A stretch of DNA of 63,035 nucleotides, the filler included, from Intoshia linei (lineage: Eukaryota > Animalia > Orthonectida): assembly GCA_001642005.1 (NCBI GenBank). It is 8 parts of 8 records of this genome, joined end to end, with 100 filler letters (N's around TTAATTAATTAA, not from the genome) between each part and the next. Parts side by side here need not be neighbours in the genome. Positions count along the whole stretch, not along the records: positions 35,830 to 48,668 come from LWCA01001051.1; positions 48,769 to 58,287 come from LWCA01001356.1; 6 more parts are not named here. One strand, given 5' to 3'. The position numbers were made by a program, and so were the translations under genes. The notes below the pieces were generated by a model. That model searched no databases and was not told where the DNA came from. It saw nothing but the letters and a program-made list of their open reading frames with translations. Shown in pieces: positions 38,284 through 53,390 of the stretch. Every line of letters starts with the position of its first letter. The stretch's first letter is position 1.

Positions 38284-39149
38284 AATTTTTATTTATACAT
38301 CTGTTTTGTATAAATATACAACGATCAATTCCACTTCAATTTAATATACCTGCATCGGTTTGTTATTTAGAAGCTTCTAGTGTATACGTGAATTGCACAT
38401 TTTAATATCGAATTATCAATTTAAATCGATATATACGGATTTGAAGTTGTCTTATTAATTCTCAAACGTACATACCAAATTTAATTCAACATTTAAATCT
38501 CAAATTTTAAAATTTTTTTTAATATTTAATGTAAATTTAATTTGGAGAAAACACACTAAAATATTCATTAGAGTTAAATTTATATATATTACTTTTCTGT
38601 ATTGCAAACATGCCTAAAGTTCATCGTTGCAAATGTTTGCCAAAACTAAATTGTATATAATTAATAACTTATTGTATTGTAAATTAAATACTTGTGATTG
38701 TAGAAGCACAATTTGCTAAATGTTACCTGTTTTCAAACATTTTTAATTGGCGTAATTAAAAATGTTACTTAGTAAAAATTTTTGATTATGTATAATCAAT
38801 AATGGTGCACTGTGTACAATTTTTTTATGCATAGTGTGTTCTTATTGTAAGAAGTGCGTTGAAAACGCACTGTCTGGCAACTCTGGTGCACATCATAGAC
38901 ATGTAATATCAAGTTGCTGTCTCAACAGTATCTATTTTTACCGCAATTTTATAAATTAATTATCTATTAATGCTCATTTAAAGGTACACTATTATATATC
39001 GGTTATTATTTCATAATCTTATAAACAATTTTATTTTGAAATTGTGGTTTAAATTTTACATTAGTTTTTATACATTTAAGATGGGTTATTTATTAGTGCT
39101 GGATACTTTTTACATCTTAATATATTATTATTATATATTTACAGTGCTA

Positions 39150-39790
39150 GTTCTGACTACATGGTTTCTCAAAAATGTCGAAAATCTGGAACAAATTGTA
39201 TTCGACTGTTCTGCATAACAGATGAAATCTAGATAATCCGCAACAGCAATCTTATTTATAAATGAATTATTAATATTAAATGCAAAATTATTCTAAATAA
39301 TAAAATAACCAATATTAATCCAATAATGTCCCCTATATATCTAAACGCTGAATTGGTTAGCACGCATCCCACATCCTTCATGCCTTCGTCTAGAATATTT
39401 TTTATTATCTTAGAATTTCAGAAATAATTATTAGGGTGATGCATTCACCCAACTAATTTATAAATAAAAAATATTTTTCAAGCCATCAAAATTGAGTATA
39501 TGTAACCACTTTTTCCAACCCAAATCTATTTAACTTGGAAACACCGGCTTCGTTTGATTGTGCATTCATCAATTATAAAAAATTGAAGGAGTTACTTTGT
39601 TTGAAGATTAGTAAGTTTAAAAAGAGGCTTTTGTAATAAGGGGACATTATTATAATGCCTTTGGTGGGCGCACCGTTTGAGAAATACCGATCATTACATT
39701 TCTTGCTGTTTTTCAACTATTTAAGTCAATTTATAATAATAATTATTTTGATATCATTATAATACTTACTCGCTGCAGAAATTTGATGAT
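39150..39790 (-). mobile_element. Heavily decayed piggyBac-like transposase remnant
   Basis: IIDE followed by ..K*IWVGKSGYIYSI, resembling piggyBac SIDE and K.W...SGY.Y motifs. Confidence 0.4.
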
Positions 39791-40438
39791 TATGGATCAA
39801 TAGTGTAAAAATTAATATTGTGGCGACTAATAATTTCATTTCAAATTTATAATTTAAATAAATATTCAAATAAAGTTGTTAAATCAACAAAATTGTTTCG
39901 AATAATTAAACAAATATAACATTGAGCCTTTTATCATTTTTACATTTCTTCAACATTGACTGATTAACACTTTTTAAGTATAAAAAGTTGTATTAGGTTA
40001 CTTGGAGTAATTAGGTACGTATTTTTTCTGGCCACTTTATATAAGTACTAAAAACTGAAAAAATCCCAGGTTACCAGAAAATTATTTAAAAGATTGTACA
40101 AATAACTTGAAAAATAACAGTGGTTTGAATATTTTTAAAATTTATTTTGCTAAATTTGATGTCTAAAATGAGAAACATAAAAACGAAGTTTGAATAAATT
40201 TTTGAGACACCCACGATTCAGCTAATCCGGTTCGAAAAAAGTTTAAAATTTCGAAACAATTCATTAAACAACTTAAGAAATAAGGAATAATATACAATAT
40301 TGAGAAATTCGAAAAAATAAATAAAAATTTAACAAATTATGACGTCTACTTTAACGCATTTAAAATTAAAAAAATTCAGATTTTTTAATAAAAGTAAAAT
40401 TTATTACATGTAACAATAATATACAATAATAATTTCAA

Positions 40439-43400
40439 TTATACAAATTTCAGCTCATTTTTAACCAGTTGACAGTATTTTTGATTTAAGTGCTCTATAA
40501 ATGTCGCATAATCAGACAAATTGTAATTTTCGATTTTTATTGACTAAATTTTAATTAATTGGATTAATGCAATGTAAAAATTAAAATGAGCCACATGTAT
40601 TGTAAATTACATTATTACAATTTGTAATACAATTATAATTGTATTATATTAATCAAAAAAAGTTGTTTTATACATCTACTAAGTCTGAGACTCTAAGTAG
40701 TAGATTCTACTTGTATTCAACGATTTGAACGAAATTCGGTTATTTGAAAAAAAATCTGAAAATTCATGATTTATTAACTTGCATCAGGTGACACCTCGAA
40801 ACACTTAAAATTTGGTTAAAGTTTATTTTCATTGCCAAAAAATTGTTAATTTAGAGGGTTTGAATTGCTACTAAAATACCATCGACCTCAAGGATCTCTG
40901 TAAAGTTCTATTATATTAAGGGTTGTGTGAAACTTATAAGTACATTAAATTATATTTTCTTCATTTTATTTTTTTTGATATTTCAACCATCCTGGCTTAA
41001 TTATTATAATCATACATTCACTTACTTGCAATTTATAAAATAACTGGATATAAAATAGTTGAAACGTTTCTTTATTATTGTCAAAAAAATTGGTGTCATA
41101 ATAAAAAATTTAAATTTTTAAGACTGAAAATGGTCAAGGACTTTGAAAAGTTTCTACAAAATTAGGCCATGATATAATTTTGATCACTGATCACCCGTCT
41201 CAACTTGAGACTCTCAACTGTATGTACATTATGATAATATACCTTTATAATTAAATACAAGTCATTCTTGTATGTATTTTTAATCAGCAATTCTTTGATG
41301 TGTTTAAAAATTGATATAGTAATATATATCATGTATTTCTCGTTAAAATAAATAAAATTGGTATAGATAAATATTGAATGAAAGTCTAAAACAGTCCAGA
41401 ATAATGTTCTTAGCCATGGTTCGCAAATCTAATCACAATAAATTAGATTTATATAAAGCAGCAAAGGTTATTAACCCCTCTTTAAACCTCTTCGGTATGC
41501 CACAACTTTACGTTTTTTAATTTGAAAGACCCAAATATGATTAATATAGAATATTTCACTCATAAAACAGGTAAACTGGTTTCAATGTGTTTTATGTTAT
41601 AAACATTAAATTTTTTTTTTTGTTTTCTTTTGTTTTTTATTTTTTTTTAAAATTAAGTTATTTAATTAAGCTTACTTGATATACTGTTAAATTGTTTGCC
41701 TTTAGTGCTGTATAAATTTCTTCAAGTTCCAGAGACAATATAAATTCAATTATATTTATAATTTTTAAATTATTTTCCATGTCCCCATATCTAATATTTC
41801 TTGAAGTGTTTTCAAAACAATGCAAAATTTCATCAGTGTTACCTTTACACATTATAAAAAGAGTGTAAATGAACCATTCTAAAAATTAATTAATAAATGA
41901 ATATGACAATGCCATTCTAAATTTTTAATTACCACAAGATTTATTGGATTTTTTTTCAGTTACTTCAATTATATAATTTAATTTTTTTACATTAATCAAG
42001 TGTTGTTCAGTTTTAAGTAATCTTAATACTTGTCCTGTTCTAAATTTATTTTTATAAATAAATTTGTTTGGAATTTAACAGTTAAATGTAAATTGAATAT
42101 ACTACTGTACCTAATAACATATTCATGTTTCTCGTTATCGTTGAATGAATCTAAATGAATTACATATTATATTTATATATACATTTACATGTATATTGTA
42201 AGTTAAAATTTTTAATGTTCATGGAATTACTAATTAAATGTCCTATTATCAAAATACCAAAACTATTGATATTAATTTTATATAATTTTTACATACCTTT
42301 CAAATCATGTTCGATATTTTGATGAACAATTTGATGAGTATTTTTAACAATTTCAAGCAATAATTTGTTATATTCTAGTTATTATATAAAGAAAAATATA
42401 TAATATTTTTCAAAATGCACTTTTTATATACACTTTGAATTGACAATTTAAAATACCTATATGACAAGAATCTTTCTTATAACCAAAAATTTTTTCTAGA
42501 ATGATGAGATCCTTATCCATCTTTTCTTAAATTCAAACATTAAATTAAATTATTATTGATTTATTGATGAACAATATACACATTGTGTATAAGTAAAAAT
42601 TTTATATAATTTTATTATTTGGGCAAAATTATTTAAAATAAATTTATCAAAATTAAAAAAAAATGTAATTTTTAGTGACCTTGTGTTGTTAGAGACCTTA
42701 AAAATATAGAATGTAAAATAAAAAAAAATTTAATATTAAATTTATAATACTTGAATATAATTGGTACATGTCCAAATCTTGTACATTTTGATTTTTACAG
42801 ACATTCACAGCATTACGGAATTTTAACAAAATTTTTTCAATTATAACTGAAATACAATTAACTGTTTTGGAATATCTAAAAAATGATTGTATGAATAAAA
42901 TAATTACAATTTAGTAATTTTTAAATTGACGTAATTTAATTTAATATACGTGAAAAGATAAATTCCGTAAATAAAACTGAACCGAAACTACCATGCTTGA
43001 AGTATTTTTTCGTAATTTTTAAGACATTATATGAACCTTGCATATAATTATAATTAGCAAATTGATGATTTGAAAAAATTAGTAATGTTCCCAAATTTGG
43101 TTGGAAGTTGACTTATGTCTAGGAAATGAAGGTCGAAGGTCGTAAAATTGGCCCAACAAAGAATTATTTTTTTAAATTTGAATTGGGATAATTGGGTCTC
43201 ATAATTGTCTACTCTTTACCATTTAAAAAAAAATTGGGGTTCACTGAAAAACTTTTAAAATTTGGGCCCAACTGTGAATTTTTTTTCAAATTAAAGTTAA
43301 ATTTAGACAACTTAGGGACCAATAAATATTTTTTAAAAATTATGTCCAATAGCGATTTTTTTTTGAAAATAAATTTGAATTGGGATAATTGGACCTCGTG

Positions 43401-46400
43401 ATTTTCTACTCTATAGCGTTCAATAAATTTTTAAAATTAATAATTCTATATATTATGATTATACAATAATATATGCAGGCCGAGGAGATCCAACAGTACG
43501 CCCTATAAAAAATTTTAAAAAATGAGACCACTATACACTGCTTAATCGATCGTTCAACATCTAAAAATTAAAAATAACCAATTGGACAGTTAATAGAAAA
43601 TTTTATTATACGATAATTTTTAAAAATAAGATATTTTTTAATTCTTAAAAATGCAGGCCCTCATGATTGTAGACCTGGTCATATGGCCCTAGCCATCTTC
43701 TCCACAGTCCTGAATATACGGCAATATAATAATTTACAATTGATAAAAATTAGAATGGGTAAAAACTTGTTGAATTTTCAAATGTTCATTTAATAAAAAC
43801 ATACAATCCAAATCATCAGTCATTAGGTTGATAATTCTAAAAAATATAATATATGATTAAAAATCAATTAAAATTTAATTTTACAAATCTAATTTAATAT
43901 AATTCTTAAACTAGAGGTGAAGAGCTATGACTCGGGACTCATTGTTCAAAAGAACTACACATTTATTATTTATGGGTAGGCAGATCAAATAAAATTGATT
44001 TTAAAAGAAAAAATGAAATTCAAATACATGTTAAAATGTCGCAATATACAAACTAGGGACATCAAGGGCTAACGTTTGACAAATATTGAATTATATATTA
44101 AATTAAAAGTGTAATACTACAGCGGTTCTAATTAGTGAAACTCTGATGTAATAATAATATTTTAAAAAATTTATTTCTTTGTAATTAATAATAAATGTAA
44201 TGTAAATCAATGTTTAAGAAATAATTTAACAAAATACTCTAAAACTAATGAATTCGTGTTTTCAATGTTGTACAACTTGCTTATGTGTTCAATTTCATCC
44301 ATCTGAATGTTCTTGTTAATGAAATTCTATAAATGTAACATTAGATTTATGTAAAAGCTTTCATTACTAGAAATGACATTTCATTCGCGCTGATCAAATA
44401 TTTAATTGTAGCATGGCTCGAAAAACGTTTCAGAAAATTTGACAATATCTAAAATTTTAAAGTCCAATAGCAAATAAATAAAATTATAGTTTAAAATTTA
44501 AATGGAACGTACTTTATAGTTTAAATTAGATAATGGAAATTGAAATCGAGAATATTGTGGTTTATTATTTGGATCATCAATTTGAGGTTCAAGTAAGTTG
44601 TTGAATTTAATAATATTTTTTTGAAATACCTCTAAAATAAATGTAAACTTACCCTAGTACCGTTATATTATTGTATTAATCAAATAATTTAAAGCATGGA
44701 CCCCTTGGGGTCCAAAATTACATTCCTGGGTCCGTGAGATTTAAATAATAAAAAAAAATTTTATCAAATTTTGTTTATTTTTATAAGAAAATTTTTAATA
44801 ATTATTACAGAGTTACCACATGTTGGGAATTTATCCCAAAGCCTAGACGACTGGTACATTTTATTTCCAAAATCCCACTTCATCCCCACCAATAATAAAA
44901 TTTAATAAAAAATGCCATTTAAACTCTCAGGGAAAAAAAAACTTTTATCGACATTTTTTTGAAAAACACGCTTTTACCAAATCTTATGAGCAACAACTTC
45001 CTAATCCAAAACAAAAATCCAATTTTAAAACGCCTTAAGGGAAAAATCCCTTTTTCCAATATGTTTTTGAAAAACAATTTTACCAAATCTTATGAGCAAC
45101 ACCCTTTAGTTTTTTCAAAAATCCTGACTTATATAAAACTCTTTGTTTTTCTGTCTTTGTGTTATCGTTTATTTCATTAACTAAGAGTGTTAGAATTTTA
45201 ACAATACCACATTTCCATTACAATTTTTTCCTGGTGAAAGTAAGATAAATTTTAAACTCATAAATTTACATCTTACCTGTAATAAACTCTAATTATTTTT
45301 TTTTTTTGATTAACAAACAAATCCTATAATTTAAAAAATTATACAATCTGATACAGATTTTAAAAACATGAACATTGTCATAAATTTAAATTTTAAAAAG
45401 TAACATTTTCAGGGTCAAAATCCCAAATTACCCTTTTATAAAAAAATGGCAGTTCATACAGTTATCCAGTTAATACGCAAAAAAATTTACAATATTTTAA
45501 AGATGGTTTTTAGGGAAATAAATTTACTGTTTACCTTTTGGGAAATTATTTGGTAATTATTTCATTAGAACAAAACATTTGGTATAATTATTGGTCCTAT
45601 AATTTAAATATAAAACATTGTCTTCACCCGCTTAGAATCATTCCGTTAATAGATTGGTAATAGTGAATACAGTTAATAGTAGTATCATTTTTATGTAAAA
45701 TTTTATTTTTTTGGTGAAATTAAAAAAGCTACCCTAGGCAGAGCTATATGCTGTTTGTACCAAGTACAAAAACAGTCAAGCTAGTGTTTTATATTTCATG
45801 TTTTCTTAGCTGTCCCAATAAATAAATATTTTGAAATGGGGGTCCATACACTATTTGAATCGGGAATCACTGATTTAGATTGAGATATTAAGAGGGAAAA
45901 TATTACCATTTTCAGATAATAATTTCAGATAATCATTTGATAGCAAAAACATATGACTATTGGACAGGACATTTTCATCGTTTTCAATTAACTATATAAA
46001 TTAAAAAATTAGTTATAATTATAATTTATAAATTATAATTCTGGCAACAGTTAAAATTTTAACCTAAAAACGATTTAGATTTAAAGATACATTATACAGA
46101 TGTACTAAGACTTAGAAATTTTTTTATATGATTGTAACATTAAATTACCATGTTTATGTAATCATTAAAAATTCCTGGATGTGAGCCTTTCATTAAGTAT
46201 CTCACTATTCCTATGTTTTTCGAAATTAATTTTAAAATGTAGAGTTTTGCATGACTAAACAATATTGATTTAAAAAAATTCATACCCAGTTTGATAAAAC
46301 TGAATTATTCACATTATGTTTAGTATTTATTATTATATTAAAACAACTATTTATGCACAATATTGCAACCACCTAGGGCCTAGGGCCTAGAATATATATT

Positions 46401-48294
46401 TACCTGTTTGTTGAGAATATTTTATCATTCTAAATTTATAATATTATATTTATTTATATGATGTTTATATTTAAAATAATTTTTTTGAAAACCGAACCTA
46501 CCATACTCGACCGCCTCGAAAATCAAAAATAGGTCTTAACACGTTGTGGTCGGTAAATAAGGGGTTAATATAAAAAAATTGATAGCCTCAAATGTACACT
46601 ATATTTCCGACCATAAAATAGATTTTGAAAAATTTTTCACACGAATTCTCACACGTTTTTCGAACATGATAGATAAAGCGAATTGTAAATAAAAAATTAC
46701 ACAAAGTATATTCAATAATCGTTCGACTAATTGCTTTTGGTTATATTGTACAATATAGCAAGAAACTGGTGCTTTTAACAATTTAAAACTGAGGTACATA
46801 TAATTAAACAGCGTTTGATGGTATTTTTCTTTGTCAATATATTTTTCTTGGCTTTCAGTTAAATCAAATACTGTTTGTAAAATAATTAGAATATTAGCAT
46901 ATCTAAACAATAAGGTATAAAATGGCGGTATAGCGAAACCAGTGCACTGCACAATCTAACTATCTTATTAATAAGACAATATTTACTAATGGCTTGTATT
47001 TATCGTGTCAGTATTTTAATCCGTAAAGTTTCAGTATTTTAGATGGTTTTTCTGTAGAAATATTGAATTGTCAGTTGATATTATGGATTTTCAGTATTTT
47101 AGGTGCCAGTTGACAAGGTGTCAGTATAAATAATTGATTGTCAGTATTTAAATTAAAAATTGACAAATATGTAATTGAATACTGAGAAAGTACATTTTAT
47201 TATTGACATTTTAATATTTATACTGACAATTTTTGTTGAAAATACTGAAAATTTTTTATTAAATACTGACAAATAAAATACTTCCCTTTACAATTTAATA
47301 TTATATTATTCCCCTCTATTAATAATAATGTAGTAATATAAACTTGTAATTAAAAGTATAATACTACACAAATACATTTTACATGCTACATATAAAAATA
47401 ATATATAAAAAATTTACTCTTGGTCAAGGTTAATGTCGATTTTTCCGTAAAATATGCCTTTAAATATTTGCAATGGTTTCATGTTTAAATTACTAATCTT
47501 AATTTCTTTCAATAGTTTTGAAATGTACCACATTGAATTTAAATTTTTCTAAAAATCAAAGAATGTATAAATAATATAAAGTGAATTATACATGATTTTT
47601 AAATAGTTTTAAATTCTTATAAATTGTGTCCATGTTTAAAAGTTTAAGAAACATTTTTTGTGCAACATGTGAGGTACTTTTTAGCAAATTGATGAAAATT
47701 TCGTTGGGCACAATATTTTTTGCACCATTCCAATCAAATGACGACACTAGTAATTTTCTCAAGATATTACCCATTTTACTATCGAAATCTATAAATTTTA
47801 AAATTTAAAATTTTCATTATAACAATGATAGATTTAGCCGACCATCTGCTTTGAAAATTTTTAATAAGAATAAAATATTTGATGGTAAAGTTGCCTTTCG
47901 GTCAAATTACTGGTTAATTGAGATTAGAGCCAAACCTACCATTGTGGATCCACCCTAATGATTTTAAGTCCTTAATGTCATTATGTAAAAAATGATAATA
48001 TTAATAATATACATGTACATTAAGAAAATTTTTTGGGTATAATTAAAAAAATGGGCCTCGGCAGAGCTAGCTTTTGTTTGTACCAAGTACATAACAGTTA
48101 AGCCAGTTAATTGAATAAAATTTACTTTCAGCTAAAATCTTTTGACCTTGTGTGTATCTTAATAAATTTACAAATAATTGAATAAAAAACAAAGTCTTTT
48201 TATCTTCAATTAAACCAAATGTGGATTGATTTAATGAATTAGATTTAAATTTATGCTGGATATAATTATCGCAGGTTTTTTCAATAATTTTCAT
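40439..48294 (-). CDS. TBC1D32: Protein broad-minded (TBC1D32/BROMI), multi-exon, 5' part lost in gap
   Basis: C-terminal exons EWFIYTLFIMCKGN..IIEFILSLELEEIYTALKANNLTVYQ | ICEPWLRTLFWTVLDF..YITISIFKHIKELL..DLYLIIK | YNLSDYATFIEHLNQKY..* are collinear with the recalled TBC1D32 C-terminus (IEMLLKAELP..SQICLQWITQCFWNYLDW..YICIAVFKHL..SDYFEYMEILEQNY). Upstream exons near 42-44.6 kb and 47.4-48.3 kb are assigned by strand and splice sites. Confidence 0.82.
46991..47286. mobile_element. Mutator/foldback-like MITE
   Basis: Arrays of (G/T)TCAGTATTT in the left half and AATACTGA in the right half, GG..CC ends, and an approximate 9-bp TSD TTTACTAAT/TTTACAATT. Confidence 0.55.
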
Positions 48295-48768
48295 CTAAAT
48301 TTTCATTAACAACTGTTTGCAAATATAATACAAAATATGGATATTTTACAAGTTGACCAAATATAACTTGTCGTGTGTTGTCTTTTTTCTATAACATTTG
48401 ATTTATATTAATTAATTAACAATTGTAAATGAAAACACTATCATATCACAATACATAATATATTATATATTTTATTATAATATTATACACAATGTATTAG
48501 GATTAGTATAGATCAGGGTGTCAGTTATGCGGCCCGCGTTATAATATAAATTTTATTTTTTCATAACAATTTTTTACACATATTTCTTATTTTACAGTTT
48601 TTTCATATATTTTCCATGATATATTTATTCATTATTACAATTTTAACATTATTTTTACACTTATTCCANNNNNNNNNNNNNNNNNNNNNNNNNNNNNNNN
48701 NNNNNNNNNNNNTTAATTAATTAANNNNNNNNNNNNNNNNNNNNNNNNNNNNNNNNNNNNNNNNNNNN

Positions 48769-50097
48769 TATTTCTAAAATGTGATGACGACATGGTAATT
48801 CAACAATTTCATGATTTAAATATTCTTTAATAAATTTTACACTACCATTTCGACATCCTGTATTAGCCGCAGTTGTGTCAAAACTTAACCCAACAACTCT
48901 TTCAGTTACATTCCAATCTTTTAAAATTTTAAAAACTGTGGCAGCCGTAGTAACTCCCTTGGAACCATACTGTTTGTGTACTCCCAACACAATTTCTATT
49001 TTTTTTTCTGTGTCAATTGCTACAACTGCAATCCTTTTTTATTCTCCTAATTGTTTTCCATCAAAATATATAACTATATTTTTAAATTCACTGACCAAAC
49101 ATCGTACAATTTCAATATCTCTATATCGATTCAAAATTCTCCTTCGTCTATTGGTTTCATGTGATGTACCCTAAATGTACTTATATAATGTAATTAATTA
49201 ATTTACCATTAATGAACCAGCACCTTAATGATATCAATTTAGAATCACACACACGAAACTTTTTACATTCCAATTCAGCGTCATAATGATTCTCCGATAT
49301 ACTGTTATCAATTGGTTTATTATAATAAAACGATGACTTAAAGTAGCATCCATTCTGACGTTCAATTCTAGAATTTTTTTTCCTTTAACATGATTCTTTC
49401 TTTTTTACTAATAACAGAGATATCGATCTCATAGGGATTTTCATTTTGAGAATTGCATATATATCCTCTCCCATCCCTTTGGTTCTGTAAGAAATTGATA
49501 TCCTCCTCAGTTGCTCTTCTCTGATCAGATTTAACTACCTAAACATTTATATATTTTAAAATAATAAATATTGTAAATACCTCAAATAAAAAGTCTAATT
49601 TAATCACAAATTCTTTAGATACATTTGCATTAGGGTTTCTTCCAGCATTTCGAAATTTTCTGAAAATTTCATTGAGTTTAAATACAATACGTGCCAAACA
49701 ACATATATTTAATCCCGTTTTGCTATAAATGTTAAATATTTTTTTGGCGGTTTCTCGACAAATTTTTGTTATTGTTAATTTTTTATTGCCATTTTTTAAT
49801 GATAATATATGACAAATTACATTATTGTGTGTGGGTAACTTGCTCTCATTAAATGCAAAACCAACATATGTTCCAGCCATTTAATTTCCGCACCTTCTGG
49901 TCATTAAATTCATAAAATATTGTATAATAAAATTAAATTCAAATTGATAAAAGAAAATATGTTTGAATTACATTTTTCTCCAATCCCACTCGAATAAGCA
50001 TTTTTGGAATATAATATTCCAGATTATTTATCTTTACATTAAAATTAACAGGATGCGTCCCGTTCGTCTTAGATTCTTAAATACGTATGACACCCTA
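48769..50097 (-). mobile_element. hAT-like (hATm-type) transposon 5' half with pseudogenised, intron-containing transposase
   Basis: TAGGGTG terminus at 50097. KLPTHNNVICH; IYFDGK; GLSFDTTAANTGCRNGS..LPCRHHILEI; in-frame stops. Subfamily name is from memory. Confidence 0.75.
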
Positions 50098-50387
50098 ATG
50101 GTCGCACTATATTAAATTCAAAAATAACCATATCAACTATAAATAGAGAACATCTAAATATTATTTTATTTAGCCTTACTATTTGGAAATGAAATATCTG
50201 CAGACATTCAAAAAATTACAGTTTTGATTTGCAGAAAAGTAATTTTAACTATTGAACTACTAGCGGTCGTTATTTTAATTATCTAATTTTGTGTATACAA
50301 GCCAAACATAGTTTAGTAAAAATATAATATAAAATTTGGATTGTAAATTTTATTATAAATACACCTTGTATATAAACACCAATTATT

Positions 50388-50880
50388 TCAATTTTCACCG
50401 CATCTAATTTGTAACTTTTCTCTAAAGGTTCGATTATATCTTTCGACTTGTCCGACTTCTTGGTGTCTATAAGCCTTAGCAAATGAATGTTTGATACCGA
50501 AACGTTTACATAATTCAACTATAATGTCATTATCAAATTGTTTTCCTATATCAGTCTGGGTCTGTTTTGGAGGTCCAAGTTTTGAAATTATATGATTAAT
50601 TAAATTATATGAAGCTGTTATGTTAGAAACTGGTACTGATTCTGGCCAACACGAAAAATGATCGATCATATTTATTACGTATTTATAACCATCAACTGAT
50701 CGTGGAAGTGGGTCCAATATGTCGATTATTATTAAATCTAAGAATTTTAACCATTTTGCATATTACTGGATGACCAAGACGTGGATTAGTATGATAATAT
50801 TCAATGGTTAACTTAAAAATTCCAGTAGGGACAATTTTTATTGTTATTATTACAAACAGAATACCATTTTTATTGTACAT
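50388..50880 (-). mobile_element. Retroviral-type integrase remnant (Gypsy or Ginger)
   Basis: YHTNPRLGHP (HHCC part), IDILDPLP..GYKYVINMIDHFSCWPESVP, TDIGKQF, GQVERYNRT. No LTR or RT seen. Confidence 0.85.
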
Positions 50881-51320
50881 AATAGTATTAGTGAAAATTA
50901 AACTTTTTCTAACATTATAATATGTATTACATTATGATAAATATTCTAAATTGGTTTTGAATTTAATAAATTATATACAATCGTTGTCTTCTAATTGATA
51001 TTGAGAAACATTAAATTGATTAATATCCAGATTATTAATGTTAAATGCTTTAGTACGGGAGAGAGTATAGGCTGTATAATTGTGAATACCCAGTTATACA
51101 TTATTATAAAACATTTCGCGAACCCCCTCCAAAATTCTACGGAGCCCAGTTTAAGAAACACTGTTATATGGAGTATATTCTTAACGTATTTACAGGATGA
51201 TTTTAAGGTTGCTTTTGCGTGTAATATTTTGTATTATTACAAATATAATTTTGATTTATTATGTTCCTTAAAGCATAATTCTAGGTTTTTGATTTCAGAG
51301 AAACTATTTATTTTATTTAG

Positions 51321-53390
51321 AAAAATCCAATCACAATTATTATTCTTGTATCAATACTATCTCTTGTAACAGGCGGACTATCTAAAAAAATATATGATGA
51401 AATCGTGACAAATTTTACATACGTAATTTATTATACACTACATTGAATGGAGTCTACTTTGTAAAAACCGCAGATAGCTCTGCCGTGCCCCAACTTTTTA
51501 ATTAAAGTTTTAATAAATATAAACAAGGAATTTTTAATCTTTAAAACAATCCAATTATAGTTACAACTCTAAAAAATCATCATAAATAACATGGATTTCA
51601 GAAAAAATAAAATTTCATTTAGCTGTAATATACACCTTTTGTTATCATGCATTTCAGATATTTTAGTTACTAACACTAAAATATATCTTAAAAATGAATA
51701 CCAAAGTGATTTTTTGACCGTGAAGAGGTCAGTTTGTGAGATAAAAATTTTGTGTGTGTCTAATGGATATAACTGTATGAGTTGTAATTTTTTTAGAGAT
51801 CTGTGAATATTTACATTTTTTTAAAAAATTTAATTAATGGTGAAAATGCACTTTTTTGAGGTTGTCAAAAAAGTTATTTTTGTTTTATGTTTTTTTTTTA
51901 TAATAATATTTAATTTAAAAATTATCCCAAAATGCATGTTTTATGAAATTATTTTATTTTTAAAACCAAGGGTATTTAGTGGTTTTGATTATGAAGATGT
52001 AAAGAAGTATGTAATAGTATTTAGTAATAAATCAGACTATTTTTGTTTTTTGTTCAATTCGATATATTTACAAAATATGTAAAGTATATTACAATATAAC
52101 CTGTTCAATGCGAAATAGGAAGGATAGTATTCTAATTATACATGATAATTTATATTACTTTTTTTATTTAGGCTTATGGCTTTCAATATATTATTTATTT
52201 TAATAATTTTGAAAAATTGGGGTTAATTACTCGTAAAGATTCTGCATCAAGTATTGGATCTGCTTTGGACGCCGTTGTAGATTTTTCTGGAATAACATCT
52301 TTGGGAAATCAATATAAATTACTCCAAAGCAAATTCAAATTTGTAATTACAGGCATACATGACTTAACTAACTCGCGTAATAAAAAAAAATTAAATTACA
52401 ATAACATCCATGTTTTGCTAAATTTCTTTATATTTCTGCAAAACATATAGACTGGTTCTTATTTTGCATATATGCAGAGTTGAACCTACCATGCTCGAGG
52501 CACCCGAAAGGTATCAAACTATGCCCTTACAATTGAAAACTATGTGTATGTCACTACACACTCCCTTTCTTCTAGTCTCCTAGTTTACGGACTTTCAAAT
52601 TTGACACAGTAATTTTTCATATTGAAAAATATTTTGATGTTGAATTTATTTAAATTGTTTAAATTGGAAAAATCTTGCCCCATTTTACAAAATTTCATCG
52701 AGGCCCGTAGAAAGTATTGGTGCGAAAGGTTCGACTCTGTTTGTCTGTGTCACACTCCTTTATCAGCTTGATAGTCAAGAACTAACTAGTTCGTTAAGTG
52801 ATGTATATTTGTGTAATTTTTAAATGTGTATTTTCATAATTTTTAACGATTTCATTGTAATTTTTTAGAAAATACATACATTGCATGTATGGTACATATT
52901 TAATATAAATCTAGATTTCGTCAAAACAAGACATCAATTATCATAATCCAAATACCATGTTTTATATATTTAATGGAATATATTCACCTATAAGTTGTTT
53001 ATTGATTGAAAAGGTTTTTTCCTTTTTTACAGTATAAATGATAACATTAAATTGTAGATTATCGTTAATGATGCCAAATTGCCAAGCATTATAAAAAGCC
53101 TTCCTGGACCATTTCATAAAAAAAAAAATAAAGCTATAGATGGCTCAAGTTTGTTTAATTTTTAATTTATAAATAATGAATATCTAGAAAATGTATTGGT
53201 GTATTTTGTGGGAGGCTGTACTTACTCTGAAATTTGTGCATTACGATTTCTGTCCCAAAAATTGAGTAATCTTTAATATATAATACAATTTTATTTAAAC
53301 GTAGAAATTAATATAAAAATTGCAACAAATGTGATATACAATAAAAATTCTTTTACGGAATTGATGGTAGAAAATTACAAGGTCTTGTAA
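51321..53390 (+). CDS. VPS33B: Vacuolar protein sorting 33 (Sec1/Munc18 family), VPS33B-like, last six exons
   Basis: LSLVTGGLSKKIY | AYGFQYIIYFNNFEKLGLI | NPNTMFYIFNGIYSPISCLLIEK | IIKSLPGP | LVYFVGGCTYSEICALRFL | IKIATNVIYN..*. The B versus A call rests on the F.G.Y.P.SC..IE motif. Confidence 0.85.

Noticed and set aside
43080-43410. Short repeats (TTTGAATTGGGATAATTGG twice, GGGCCCAAC) resembling a CRISPR-like array
   Set aside because: Irregular subterminal repeats of a transposon in a eukaryotic intron; no constant repeat-spacer period.
47841-47953. Apparent in-frame TAA in a TBC1D32 exon (readthrough or pseudogene)
   Set aside because: A short exon (RWIHN) spliced to the exon at ~47789 keeps the frame without any stop.
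51591-52082. ORFs 51591-51806 and 51837-52082 (also 5182, 44959, 60353)
   Set aside because: Chance ORFs within non-coding repeats, with low-complexity F/K/I/N composition.
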